Virus record (IMG/VR): IMGVR_UViG_3300017698_000020
Location: 1 to 43,658 of that record
Reading direction: 5' to 3' (one strand)
Length of the DNA: 43,658 bases
Origin: a virus
The position numbers were made by a program, and so were the translations under genes. The notes under the pieces are model-generated. The model was not told the DNA's origin. It worked only from the letters and a program-made list of their open reading frames with translations, and ran no database searches. Shown here piece after piece: positions 1 through 7,260 of the stretch (position 1 is the first letter of the stretch; the number at the start of each line of letters is the position of its first letter).

Positions 1-99
1 CCCGCACGCGGCAATTGGCCACTACTCGGCGGCTCTGCCATCTCAGCGCGCCCAACTGGCTGACCCGCTTCAGTCACTAGCGTCCGGCCCTCGGCATCT
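1..99. repeat. Terminal direct repeat, copy 1 (identical to 43560..43658)
   Basis: Bases 1-99 (cccgcacgcggcaattgg...tcggcatct) are repeated exactly at 43560-43658. The window ends therefore overlap, which indicates a closed circular or terminally redundant genome with a unique length of 43,559 bp. Confidence 0.9.
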
Positions 100-122
100 T
101 GGTATCGTTTCATGACAGCACC

Positions 123-1169
123 TCAGTAGTTGATGGTCACGCCGGGCACCTTGCCCTGGGCGATCAGCGTGATGACGTGGCGCGCATCAGACTCCGGCAG
201 CCCCCGCTCGATCAGTGCGTCAGCGGCAGTGCGATTGATCCGGCCCCGGTGCGCCTTGTCAGCAGCCCGGCGCTCATCCTCAGCCTTGGCGTCAGCCTCG
301 ACCTTGGCCAGTCGTGCAGCCTCCTGCTCAGCAGCAAGCCGATCCTGCTCCTGGGCGCGCTTGTGCGCTTCTTCCAGCTCACGCGCCTTGCGGTCAGCCT
401 CGGCCAGCGCAGCCTCATGCTCACGCTGTTGTTGCTCGATCTTGTCGGCAGCAGCCTGCTCGGCTTCGCGGCGCGCACGCTCGGCAGCCTCTTGCTCGAT
501 ACGCTGGCGCTCAGCCTGGCGCTTCTGCTCCTCGGCCTCAGCGCGCAGCCGCTCCAGCTCCTTGGCCTCAGCCTCAGCCTTCAGCTGCTTGGCGACCCGC
601 GGCGGGAGCGTTGTCATCGCCATGCTCTTGGCCATCACGCCCATCTCGGTAAACTCTTCCAGCTGGCTGGTATCGAACGCCTGCACCGCATCCAGCCGGG
701 ACTGAATCTGCGCAGCGTCCAGGTCATCCAGACCGGTCTGCCACTGGTCGTTCAGCCACGCCACCTTGGCCTGCAAATCGGCAATGCGCGCATCATCGTC
801 AGCCTTCCACTCGGTCGCCGGCTGCGTTACCTCGGCCTTCCATTCATCCAGTGTGTCGCGCCACTGCTTGCGCGAGGCGTCGATCTTCTTCGGCAGCTCC
901 TTCAGCTCGGCGACAAGCTCCTTGCCCAGACCGTCAATGGCGGTCTTGCTGCGCGCGATCTTGTTGCCCATCGAGGCGTACTGCTTGCGCCCCTTCGCGG
1001 TATCGACGCCCGGCGGATTGGCGAGGAACGCATCCACCTCCTTGCGTATCTCGGCCAGATAGGGATCAAGCCCGCCGTCCGACTTGAACACCTCGAGAAT
1101 GGTTTCCTTCGCGGGCACCGTAATCAGGCCGGTTTCCTTGGTGGCCTCAACTGCTGCTGTGTCTGTCAT
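123..1169 (-). CDS. Coiled-coil protein, 348 aa (DUF1351/TolA-like architecture)
   Basis: ATG at 1169 follows an AAGGAAG SD. The longer 428-aa tracker ORF has an Arg/Ser-rich N-terminus and overlaps upstream genes. The product has a globular N-terminal part, a long AEAEAKELERLRAEAEEQKRQAERQ coiled coil, and a C-terminus HRGRINRTAADALIERGL...GKVPGVTINY. The family assignment is from memory only. Confidence 0.6.
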   Translation of the reverse strand: MTDTAAVEATKETGLITVPAKETILEVFKSDGGLDPYLAEIRKEVDAFLANPPGVDTAKGRKQYASMGNKIARSKTAIDGLGKELVAELKELPKKIDASRKQWRDTLDEWKAEVTQPATEWKADDDARIADLQAKVAWLNDQWQTGLDDLDAAQIQSRLDAVQAFDTSQLEEFTEMGVMAKSMAMTTLPPRVAKQLKAEAEAKELERLRAEAEEQKRQAERQRIEQEAAERARREAEQAAADKIEQQQREHEAALAEADRKARELEEAHKRAQEQDRLAAEQEAARLAKVEADAKAEDERRAADKAHRGRINRTAADALIERGLPESDARHVITLIAQGKVPGVTINY

Positions 1170-1312
1170 GTGATCTTCCTTTGTGGTTTGTGGCAGGCCT
1201 TGCACTTGCTCAGCTCTACCCATGTTGTGCCGTCGTAATGCTTGAAGTGGCCGGCTGCCTTCCAGCGAAGACAGCACGGGCAGTGGCGCTTCGCTCCATT
1301 CTGGCGAGTCAT
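1166..1312 (-). CDS. Small zinc-ribbon protein, 48 aa (not in ORF track)
   Basis: Hand translation gives MTRQNGAKRHCPCCLRWKAAGHFKHYDGTTWVELSKCKACHKPQRKIT. It has CPCC...CKAC cysteine pairs. The ATG at 1312 lies 3 nt after the upstream stop, and its TGA overlaps the next ATG (ATGA at 1166-1169). Confidence 0.5.
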   Translation of the reverse strand: MTRQNGAKRHCPCCLRWKAAGHFKHYDGTTWVELSKCKACHKPQRKIT

Positions 1313-1314
1313 GG

Positions 1315-1686
1315 TCAGCCCTTGGGGCCGATGATCTTGGCCCAGTCCTTAGGATGGAATGAATCTGGCGACTCGATACTCTTGCCGTGCAGCATCTCCT
1401 CGCGGTCATTCAGGAAGCCCAGTTCCTGATAGGCATTCTCGAGGCGCATCAGCGCGCTGTTGAGCGAGTAGCCGATCGGGCTCAGGCATACCGTCGTGCG
1501 GAAGTCGTTCTTGCTCGGCATGCCTTGGCGCTTCGGGCAGGCGCGGACGTGAACGTCATCGCTGTGGCTGTAATACTCGATGCTCACCGTCAGGTGCCCG
1601 TGCTCCCGCATATCGAGCGCCAGGCCTACCAGCTTGAGGTATGCCGCGCGCAGGTCGGCACGATGTACAACAGGCTTCTCGTTCAT
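1315..1686 (-). CDS. Hypothetical protein, about 123 aa
   Basis: This is the first ORF downstream of promoter-like element P2. The GAGGGA SD abuts the ATG at 1692 but sits 6 nt from the ATG at 1686, so 1686 is preferred. No recognisable motif. Confidence 0.6.
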   Translation of the reverse strand: MNEKPVVHRADLRAAYLKLVGLALDMREHGHLTVSIEYYSHSDDVHVRACPKRQGMPSKNDFRTTVCLSPIGYSLNSALMRLENAYQELGFLNDREEMLHGKSIESPDSFHPKDWAKIIGPKG

Positions 1687-1739
1687 GGTCATTCCCTCGC
1701 CAGGTGGTACTGCTGTGAGTGTCTTGCTGCGACAGTCAG

Positions 1740-1768
1740 AGAATAGACTGCTGTGGAAGATTGTTCAA
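1740..1768 (-). promoter_or_regulatory. Sigma70-like promoter P2 (member of a conserved 29-bp family)
   Basis: The minus-strand sequence is TTGAACAATCTTCCACAGCAGTCTATTCT: -35 TTGAAC, 17-nt spacer, -10 TATTCT. It matches the element at 41371-41399 at 23/29 positions and the element at 5025-5053 at 22/29. Confidence 0.5.
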
Positions 1769-1778
1769 CACTTGATGC

Positions 1779-1807
1779 AAATAAAAGCCCCGACCTTAGT
1801 CGAGGCT
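1779..1807 (-). terminator. Rho-independent terminator after ssb
   Basis: The minus-strand RNA is AGCCUCGAC-UAAG-GUCGGGGCU, a 9-bp stem with one G-U pair, followed by UUUUAUUU. It lies immediately upstream of P2. Confidence 0.6.
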
Positions 1808-1949
1808 ATTGCGTCAGTAGATGCGACCCATCAGGTGCAGTTGCATCCATGCTGCGCGTGGCGTGAGGCACAACCACACAAGCATCATCAGAACGGTATC
1901 TCGTCGTCGAAGTCGTCGAAGCTACCCGCGGGCGGCGCGCCGAATTGGT

Positions 1950-2513
1950 TCACCGCCCCTGGTTGAAACCCTGGTTGCCCTGCTGGCCGCCTCCCTGCTG
2001 GAAGTTGCCGCCCTGCTGTGCTGCTGCATAGGCGTTGTGCTGCTGTCCTGGCTGGGTTGGCTGGTGTGATTGCTGCGGCGGTTGCTGGTATCCACCCTGC
2101 TGCTGGGGTGGCTGCTGGTACCCGCCTTGCGGATGGCCACCTTGCTGAACCCCCTGCTGCTGGCCATTGCCCTGCTGGTTGCCGCCAAGCATCTGCATGT
2201 CGTTGATCAGAATCTCAGTGCTGTAGCGATCCTGGCCATTCTGATCCTGCCACTTGCGAGTTTGCAGCTTGCCTTCAATGTAGATTCTCGCGCCCTTGGT
2301 TACGTACTGCTGGATGATCTCGGCCAGTCGCTTGAAGGCGACCAGCCGGTGCCACTCGGTCTTCTCCTGCTTCTGTCCGGACTGCTTGTCAGTCCACGAC
2401 TCAGTGGTTGCCACGCTCAGATTGGCGACCGCATCGCCACCGGGAGTGAACCGGACTTCAGGGTCTTGCCCTACATTGCCGATCAGAATGACCTTGTTGA
2501 CTCCGCGCGCCAT
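1950..2513 (-). CDS. ssb: Single-stranded DNA-binding protein; the annotated frame stops before the acidic tail
   Basis: The canonical SSB OB fold is present ([26 protein letters not shown]...[14 protein letters not shown]...[21 protein letters not shown]), followed by a Gly/Gln/Pro-rich linker. The expected tip GSFDDFDDEIPF* is encoded at 1888-1926 in the -1 frame (see findings). Confidence 0.9.
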   Translation of the reverse strand: MARGVNKVILIGNVGQDPEVRFTPGGDAVANLSVATTESWTDKQSGQKQEKTEWHRLVAFKRLAEIIQQYVTKGARIYIEGKLQTRKWQDQNGQDRYSTEILINDMQMLGGNQQGNGQQQGVQQGGHPQGGYQQPPQQQGGYQQPPQQSHQPTQPGQQHNAYAAAQQGGNFQQGGGQQGNQGFNQGR

Positions 2514-2515
2514 GA

Positions 2516-3451
2516 TTATTCCCCCTTCTCAGTATTGGTGGCCGGCTGCGCTTCGCCGCCCATGATGGTGATGATCCGCTGGATGGCCGGCGCCATTGCA
2601 TTGGCCATGATGGCAAAGTCTGCCTCGAGGCGCACGGCCGCATCGTCTTCGTCTTCAGTGTCTCGCGCCTCATCGACCAGCGCGTCAGCGAACGTCAGGC
2701 GCTTGATGCCCAGCGAATCATCCAGCTTGAACTTGGCCACATGCTCGATACCCATGTCGATGGATGTCACGACGCGCCCGTGATCCAGTGCAGCCATAAC
2801 CTCCTCGCCGCGCAGGTCGAAGTCTTTGACGCTCATGGTGCCGTCCTCGCCACCGGGCGCCGACAGTTTGGCGGCATCGCCCAGCTCGACCCCATCCGGC
2901 AGGTCGCCCTCCTTTAGCCAGCGCGTCATCACCTGGGACGGCGCTTGCGCAACGGCCAGCGGCGTGACCTTGAGCGACCCCAGCGTGCGACGCAGCAGAT
3001 CAAGAACGCGCTCGGCCATTGTCGGCGTGGTGCAGTTGACGGCGATGATGCCGTGCTCGATGTCGATCCAGATGTCGACACGCTTGCGACGAATGAAGGC
3101 GCGCGGCAGCATCTCATCGAACAATTGCTCCTTGATGGTCAGGCGCTCACGGTGGCACAGCGTGCGCCCCTCGGCAGCCTCGATGGCGTCGACACGCTCG
3201 TTGACCTCATCATTGACGACGCACGACGGGAGAATCTTTTCCTGATGCAGTGCGCTCAGCAGGCGATGATGGCCCATGACCAGTACGCGACGGCAGTCAT
3301 CGGTGCCGAAGGGGTTGATCCAGCCGATATGCTTTGACTGGATGCCTGTCAGGTCGCGCGCCATAGCATCGTCGTACTGCGCAGGCATAGAAAGCCCTTC
3401 AATGACTGACATGTCGTGCAGGCGATAGAGCTGTAGGTTTTTGAAGAACAT
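2516..3451 (-). CDS. rdgC: RdgC-like recombination-associated protein, 311 aa
   Basis: The ATG at 3451 gives [11 protein letters not shown], the hallmark RdgC N-terminus. An AGGAG SD lies 8 nt upstream, and the length of about 300 aa fits RdgC. The tracker's upstream extension is Arg-rich junk. Confidence 0.8.
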   Translation of the reverse strand: MFFKNLQLYRLHDMSVIEGLSMPAQYDDAMARDLTGIQSKHIGWINPFGTDDCRRVLVMGHHRLLSALHQEKILPSCVVNDEVNERVDAIEAAEGRTLCHRERLTIKEQLFDEMLPRAFIRRKRVDIWIDIEHGIIAVNCTTPTMAERVLDLLRRTLGSLKVTPLAVAQAPSQVMTRWLKEGDLPDGVELGDAAKLSAPGGEDGTMSVKDFDLRGEEVMAALDHGRVVTSIDMGIEHVAKFKLDDSLGIKRLTFADALVDEARDTEDEDDAAVRLEADFAIMANAMAPAIQRIITIMGGEAQPATNTEKGE

Positions 3452-3456
3452 GCGAG

Positions 3457-3873
3457 TTACTCCTGGGTTGCGATGATGAAGGTTTGCAGCAGGCTTTCGG
3501 CCAGCTCTTTGTGTCGACCCGGCGCGTCGCCGGCAATGGCGGAAATGAACGCGGTCAGGTCGTTGTTGTCGTGATGCCCCCATTCAACCTGATCAGCCGG
3601 CGTGAACTCGGGCTCGGGTGATTCTTGCTGGCCGGTGACGATCGGGTGATCCAGCCCGCGTACACCTCGCTCGCGGTGCCAGTCACCAAAGCTGATCTTG
3701 TCGCCGGAGGGAGTCACAAGGCTCGGGCGGTAATTGTATTCATCGAATTCCCATGCACACCCAGCCAGCTTGCTCGGCAGCTTTGGGATGGCCATGTCTG
3801 TACTGAGAGGCCAGTCGTTGATGCCCATCACCGCAGCATCCATGACGAAGCGCCATTGCTGTGGGTTGTTCAT
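3457..3873 (-). CDS. Hypothetical protein, 138 aa
   Basis: The ORF is in operon context with a 4-nt start/stop overlap with the upstream gene. No motif recognised. Confidence 0.6.
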   Translation of the reverse strand: MNNPQQWRFVMDAAVMGINDWPLSTDMAIPKLPSKLAGCAWEFDEYNYRPSLVTPSGDKISFGDWHRERGVRGLDHPIVTGQQESPEPEFTPADQVEWGHHDNNDLTAFISAIAGDAPGRHKELAESLLQTFIIATQE

Positions 3874-4124
3874 GATGTGCGCTCCAGCTCAGCGAGAAGG
3901 GCGTCGGCTATCTCTACCGAATCTGCCGATAGCGCCTGCCATGAACGGTATCCGCCTCTAGCCATGCACGCCTGCAGGGCCATCGCCGCAAAGTGCTCGC
4001 GCTTGGTCAGGCCGATCGCTGGCTGCAGGGCGCGGGTATAATCTGCATCATCCTGGTTGCAGAGTGTCATGGGACGACCGTCTGCTCGGCGAACCGGCAT
4101 CGCCGGAGTGTCTGCGTTTTTCAT
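3870..4124 (-). CDS. Hypothetical protein, 84 aa
   Basis: The ORF is coupled at both ends (overlaps at 4121-4124 and 3870-3873). It contains LTKREHFAAMALQA, a pattern seen in small phage early proteins (from memory). Confidence 0.55.
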   Translation of the reverse strand: MKNADTPAMPVRRADGRPMTLCNQDDADYTRALQPAIGLTKREHFAAMALQACMARGGYRSWQALSADSVEIADALLAELERTS

Positions 4125-4354
4125 GACTTCACCTCGTTGATGTAAGCGTCGAAGATTGCCTGCATGTCGTCGCCGGTCAGGCGATTCTGCAGGTCGGATA
4201 GGTCGTCACCTTCCAGTGTCTCAAGGCGATACTCGAACTCTTCCTCGGACGGCACGCACTCGATGTCACCGGCAAGCTCGGGCAGATAGTGCTCGACCAC
4301 GCACCGGCACTGGATGTCTTGAATCTCGATCTCGAACTCAGCTTCGTTGCTCAT
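4121..4354 (-). CDS. Highly acidic small protein, 77 aa
   Basis: The ATG at 4354 gives MSNEAEFEIEIQDIQCRC...EEEFEYRLETLEGDDLSDLQNRLTGDDMQ, with about 30% Asp+Glu by eye. The tracker ORF N-terminal extension overlaps the VRR-NUC gene. Confidence 0.6.
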   Translation of the reverse strand: MSNEAEFEIEIQDIQCRCVVEHYLPELAGDIECVPSEEEFEYRLETLEGDDLSDLQNRLTGDDMQAIFDAYINEVKS

Positions 4355-4362
4355 GGCTGTTC

Positions 4363-4764
4363 TCACGTCAGGTAGTTGATGATCTCTTGCTGCGCGTCCT
4401 GCCAGCTCCAGCAGTAGCAGACGCGCCACCCTTCCTCGGTCAGTCGCTCGCCGTACCAGAGTTGCTCAGGCGTCGGCTTGTTCTTGCCCGCCTTCATCTC
4501 GATGCTCAGGCCGATACGGCCATGCCGCGCCACCGGGATTTTGATGTCGTGCTCGCCCTTCAGCATGCCGCCATTCTTGGCCTTGATCGCCTGCAGCTTG
4601 CTCAGCTTCACGCCATTCGGGGAGCAGCTCATCAGGTCGATGCCGGGATAGACCGACTTTGTGGCCGGCAGGCGCGCCCACCGGAACAGTGCCTCTTGCT
4701 CGAGGCGCTCCCGATCCGAGGATGGCTTGCGGCGCTTGGGCGCAGGTCTAGGAATCACTTCCAC
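4363..4764 (-). CDS. VRR-NUC domain nuclease, 133 aa
   Basis: GMLKGEHDIKIPVARHGRIGLSIEMKAGKNKPTPEQLWYGERLTEEGW fits the VRR-NUC D...ExK core followed by the Q..W segment. The GTG start at 4764 is preceded by a GGAGGAG SD 7 nt upstream. Confidence 0.75.
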   Translation of the reverse strand: MEVIPRPAPKRRKPSSDRERLEQEALFRWARLPATKSVYPGIDLMSCSPNGVKLSKLQAIKAKNGGMLKGEHDIKIPVARHGRIGLSIEMKAGKNKPTPEQLWYGERLTEEGWRVCYCWSWQDAQQEIINYLT

Positions 4765-4999
4765 GAATCAGCTCCTCCGCAGTCAGGTAGATGTTTTCGC
4801 GCTTGGCCAGATCGAGCAGCGCGCCGTGATACTTGGACGGTATCTGCCCGCCGGTACCCAGCATGCCGCGGCTTTTCTTCCAGCGTGCCACGCTGCTCGG
4901 GTCTGTTCGCATGCCGGCCTCGGTCAGCTTGCGTGCCAGTGGTCGGATGCCGCCGAAGCGCTTGATGACCAGGGCGCCTGGTGATGTTGCGTTGTGCAT
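4748..4999 (-). CDS. Cro/YdaS-like HTH DNA-binding protein, 83 aa
   Basis: GGIRPLARKLTEAGMRTDPSSVARWKK...IPSKY fits a Cro/YdaS-type HTH pattern. A strong AGGAGGAA SD precedes it, and it is the first gene leftward of the divergent control region. Confidence 0.6.
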   Translation of the reverse strand: MHNATSPGALVIKRFGGIRPLARKLTEAGMRTDPSSVARWKKSRGMLGTGGQIPSKYHGALLDLAKRENIYLTAEELIRGSDS

Positions 5000-5024
5000 G
5001 TGCTTCCTCCTGTTGTGTGACCGC

Positions 5025-5053
5025 AGTATTTACCACTGTTGAATATTGTTCAA
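5025..5053 (-). promoter_or_regulatory. Leftward promoter P1 (conserved 29-bp family) overlapping a 17-bp palindrome
   Basis: The minus-strand sequence is TTGAACAATATTCAACAGTGGTAAATACT: -35 TTGAAC, 17 nt, -10 AATACT. The near-perfect palindrome GTTGAATATTGTTCAAC (5038-5054) covers the -35 and is an operator candidate. Confidence 0.45.
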
Positions 5054-5097
5054 CCCCTCGCCGGTAAAAATATTGCGGAGTACCACGTAAGTCATAC

Positions 5098-5126
5098 TTG
5101 CGGATTCTCGGGGCCGTGTTTATTAT
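5098..5126 (+). promoter_or_regulatory. Rightward promoter for the recombination operon
   Basis: TTGCGG (5098-5103), a 17-nt spacer and TATTAT (5121-5126) lie about 30 nt upstream of the exonuclease ATG at 5156. Confidence 0.45.
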
Positions 5127-5155
5127 TTCCACACACCCACAGCGAGGCACTCACA

Positions 5156-5965
5156 ATGAAGCCAGGCATCTATAGCGACATCAGCAACGCGGCGTACCAT
5201 GCAGGCGAAGGCATCAGCAAGTCCAACCTGGATATGCTCGACAAGGCGCCGGCACTCCTGCAGTGGTCGCGCACCGCGCCGGAAGACGACGGCAAGAAGG
5301 ATGCGCTCAATCTCGGGACGGCCATGCACACCATGCGGCTGGAGCCGGAGAAGTTCACCGACCAGTTCGTGATCGAGCCCGCCATCAACCGCCGCACCAA
5401 TGCCGGCAAGCAGCAGGCGGAAGAGTTTCTGGCTGCGGCCAAGGCGTCAGGCCGGATGATCATCACCGCCGACGAAGCGCGCAAGATTAACCTGATGCGC
5501 GAGTCGGTCATGGCGCACCCCGAGGCGCGGCAGCTCATGGAGGCAGAAGGGCAGGCCGAGGCCAGCGCCTACTGGATCGACCCGGAGACGAACGTGAAGT
5601 GTCGTTGCCGCCCTGACAAGCTCATCACCAAGGCGGGATTCATCGTCGACGTGAAGACGACCGCCGACATGAGCAAGGTGGCCCGGTCAGTCTTTGACTA
5701 CCGCTACCATGTGCAGGATGCGTTCTACTCCGATGGGTACGCGCATGCGTCAGGCGAGCCTACCAATGGCTTCCTGTTCCTGTTCATCAGCAGCACCATC
5801 AACTGCGGCAAGTACCCGGTGCGCATCTTCCAACTGGACGACGAAGCCAAGATGATCGGGCGCTACGCCTATCAGGCAAACCTGCGCACCTATGCCGAGT
5901 GCATGGAGTCAGGCGTATGGCCCGGCGTCGAGTCGCTCAGCCTGCCGAGCTGGGCAACCAAGTAA
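5156..5965 (+). CDS. PD-(D/E)XK exonuclease (RecE/DUF3799-type), 269 aa
   Basis: The ATG at 5156 follows a GAGG SD. MKPGIYSDISNAAYHAGEGISKSNL is a typical N-terminus, and the catalytic-looking RPDKL...GFIVDVKTT matches the D...(D/E)xK motif. It is paired with RecT downstream. Confidence 0.8.
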   Translation: MKPGIYSDISNAAYHAGEGISKSNLDMLDKAPALLQWSRTAPEDDGKKDALNLGTAMHTMRLEPEKFTDQFVIEPAINRRTNAGKQQAEEFLAAAKASGRMIITADEARKINLMRESVMAHPEARQLMEAEGQAEASAYWIDPETNVKCRCRPDKLITKAGFIVDVKTTADMSKVARSVFDYRYHVQDAFYSDGYAHASGEPTNGFLFLFISSTINCGKYPVRIFQLDDEAKMIGRYAYQANLRTYAECMESGVWPGVESLSLPSWATK

Positions 5966-5978
5966 CAGGAGATGAATC

Positions 5979-6401
5979 ATGGATACAGTCAAGTCGATTG
6001 AAGAGTTCAAGCGCCGCGCCACCGTCTACCCCAAGGGCCGGATAGTGCCAAAGGCGATGATGAAGTCCGTGCGATTAAAGAGCGGCACGAACCACCCGCT
6101 GCGCCACATGGTCAAGTTTGGCGCTAAGGTATGGGTTATTTTTTGCGGGAGCGGGTATGTCATCGTTCCAGAAGAGGGTGAGGGGAATTGTTGCATCCGC
6201 TTGGGCGACACCAAGAAGCGATTCTATGATCCGCCCCGCTACTTCATCAGCTCGGAACAAGAGCGGGAGTATCGAAGAAAGCCGAGAGGATTGAGGAACG
6301 TGGCAATCAAATGCCGCAATACTTTTTTCCAGGGCTCCCACGGACTCACCCCAGAAGAGCATCTCGAGAAGATCAACGAAGCAATAGAAGCGCAATCTTA
6401 A
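5979..6401 (+). CDS. Hypothetical protein, 140 aa, low-GC insert between exo and recT
   Basis: An AGGAG SD lies 7 nt upstream. My hand count over 6121-6400 gives about 51% G+C, versus about 62% in a 120-nt sample of the adjacent recT. No recognisable motif. Confidence 0.65.
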   Translation: MDTVKSIEEFKRRATVYPKGRIVPKAMMKSVRLKSGTNHPLRHMVKFGAKVWVIFCGSGYVIVPEEGEGNCCIRLGDTKKRFYDPPRYFISSEQEREYRRKPRGLRNVAIKCRNTFFQGSHGLTPEEHLEKINEAIEAQS

Positions 6402-6426
6402 CCACCACACCTATAAGGAAAAGACA

Positions 6427-7260
6427 ATGACACAGCAACAGCTCACGCCGATCGGACAGCTTCGCAACCAGATGGACAAGATGACTCCCGAGCTGGAGTC
6501 AGTGCTGCCCGACCACATTACGCCCAAGCAGTTTCAGCGCGTCGCCATGACGGCCATCCAGACCAGCCCTGACTTGGTGATGGCAGACCGGCAGTCACTG
6601 TTCAGCAGTGTCATGAAGGCGGCGCAGGATGGCCTGCTGCCGGACGGGCGCGAAGGCGCGCTGATCATCTTCAGCACGAAGGATCGCGCCACCCAGCAGT
6701 GGGTGAAGAAGGTGCAGTGGATGCCGATGATCGGCGGCGTGCTCAAGAAGATTCGCCAGTCAGGCGAGCTGGCCAGCATCAACGCGAACGTCGTCTACGA
6801 GGCCGACCAGTTCGACTATTACGTCGATGATGACGGCGAGCACATCATGCACCGCCCGTCATTCGGCAGTCAGCGCGGCCAGATAACCTTGGTCTACGCG
6901 ATGGCCAAGACCAAGGATGCCTCGCTCTATGTCGAGATCATGACGCCAGAGGACATTGCCAAGGTGCGCGGCGCCAGCAAGTCGAAAGACCGCGGCCCCT
7001 GGGTCGACTGGTATGAGCAGATGGCCAAGAAGTCGGCGCTGCACCGCTTGGCCAAGCGCCTACCGCTCAGCAGCGAGCTGGCCACCGTGGTCAATCGCGA
7101 CGAAGAGCTGTACGACTACCGCAACGCCCGCGACATCACGCCGCGCCAAGGCCCGCAGGCACTGAGTGACGTTCTGTCAGGCCCGCAGCAGGACGACGTG
7201 CCGTTCAGCGAAGAGGCGCCGGTCAACCAATACCAGGCAGCACGGGAGGGTGAGGCATGA
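6427..7260 (+). CDS. recT: RecT-family single-strand annealing protein
   Basis: FQRVAMTAIQTSPDL...SLFSSVMKAAQDGLLPDGREGALI...WMPMIGGVLKKIRQSGE...YEQMAKKSALHRLAKRLPLS fits the RecT family pattern. It is adjacent to the exonuclease. Confidence 0.9.
   Translation: MTQQQLTPIGQLRNQMDKMTPELESVLPDHITPKQFQRVAMTAIQTSPDLVMADRQSLFSSVMKAAQDGLLPDGREGALIIFSTKDRATQQWVKKVQWMPMIGGVLKKIRQSGELASINANVVYEADQFDYYVDDDGEHIMHRPSFGSQRGQITLVYAMAKTKDASLYVEIMTPEDIAKVRGASKSKDRGPWVDWYEQMAKKSALHRLAKRLPLSSELATVVNRDEELYDYRNARDITPRQGPQALSDVLSGPQQDDVPFSEEAPVNQYQAAREGEA

Noticed and set aside
1-99. Treating the 99-bp terminal duplication as a biological direct terminal repeat or packaging end.
   Set aside because: The repeat falls in the middle of an open reading frame and has no special sequence character. 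An assembler overlap of a circular or circularly permuted genome is the simpler reading. Only read-terminus data can decide.
5073-5104. TTGCGGA heptamer (5073, 5098; also 35273, 42617, 42671) as a shared regulator site linking the control region, late region and origin.
   Set aside because: The same heptamer also occurs inside coding sequence (for example 2127-2133 in ssb). Five to six copies is close to chance expectation for a 7-mer on two strands of 43.6 kb of GC-rich DNA.
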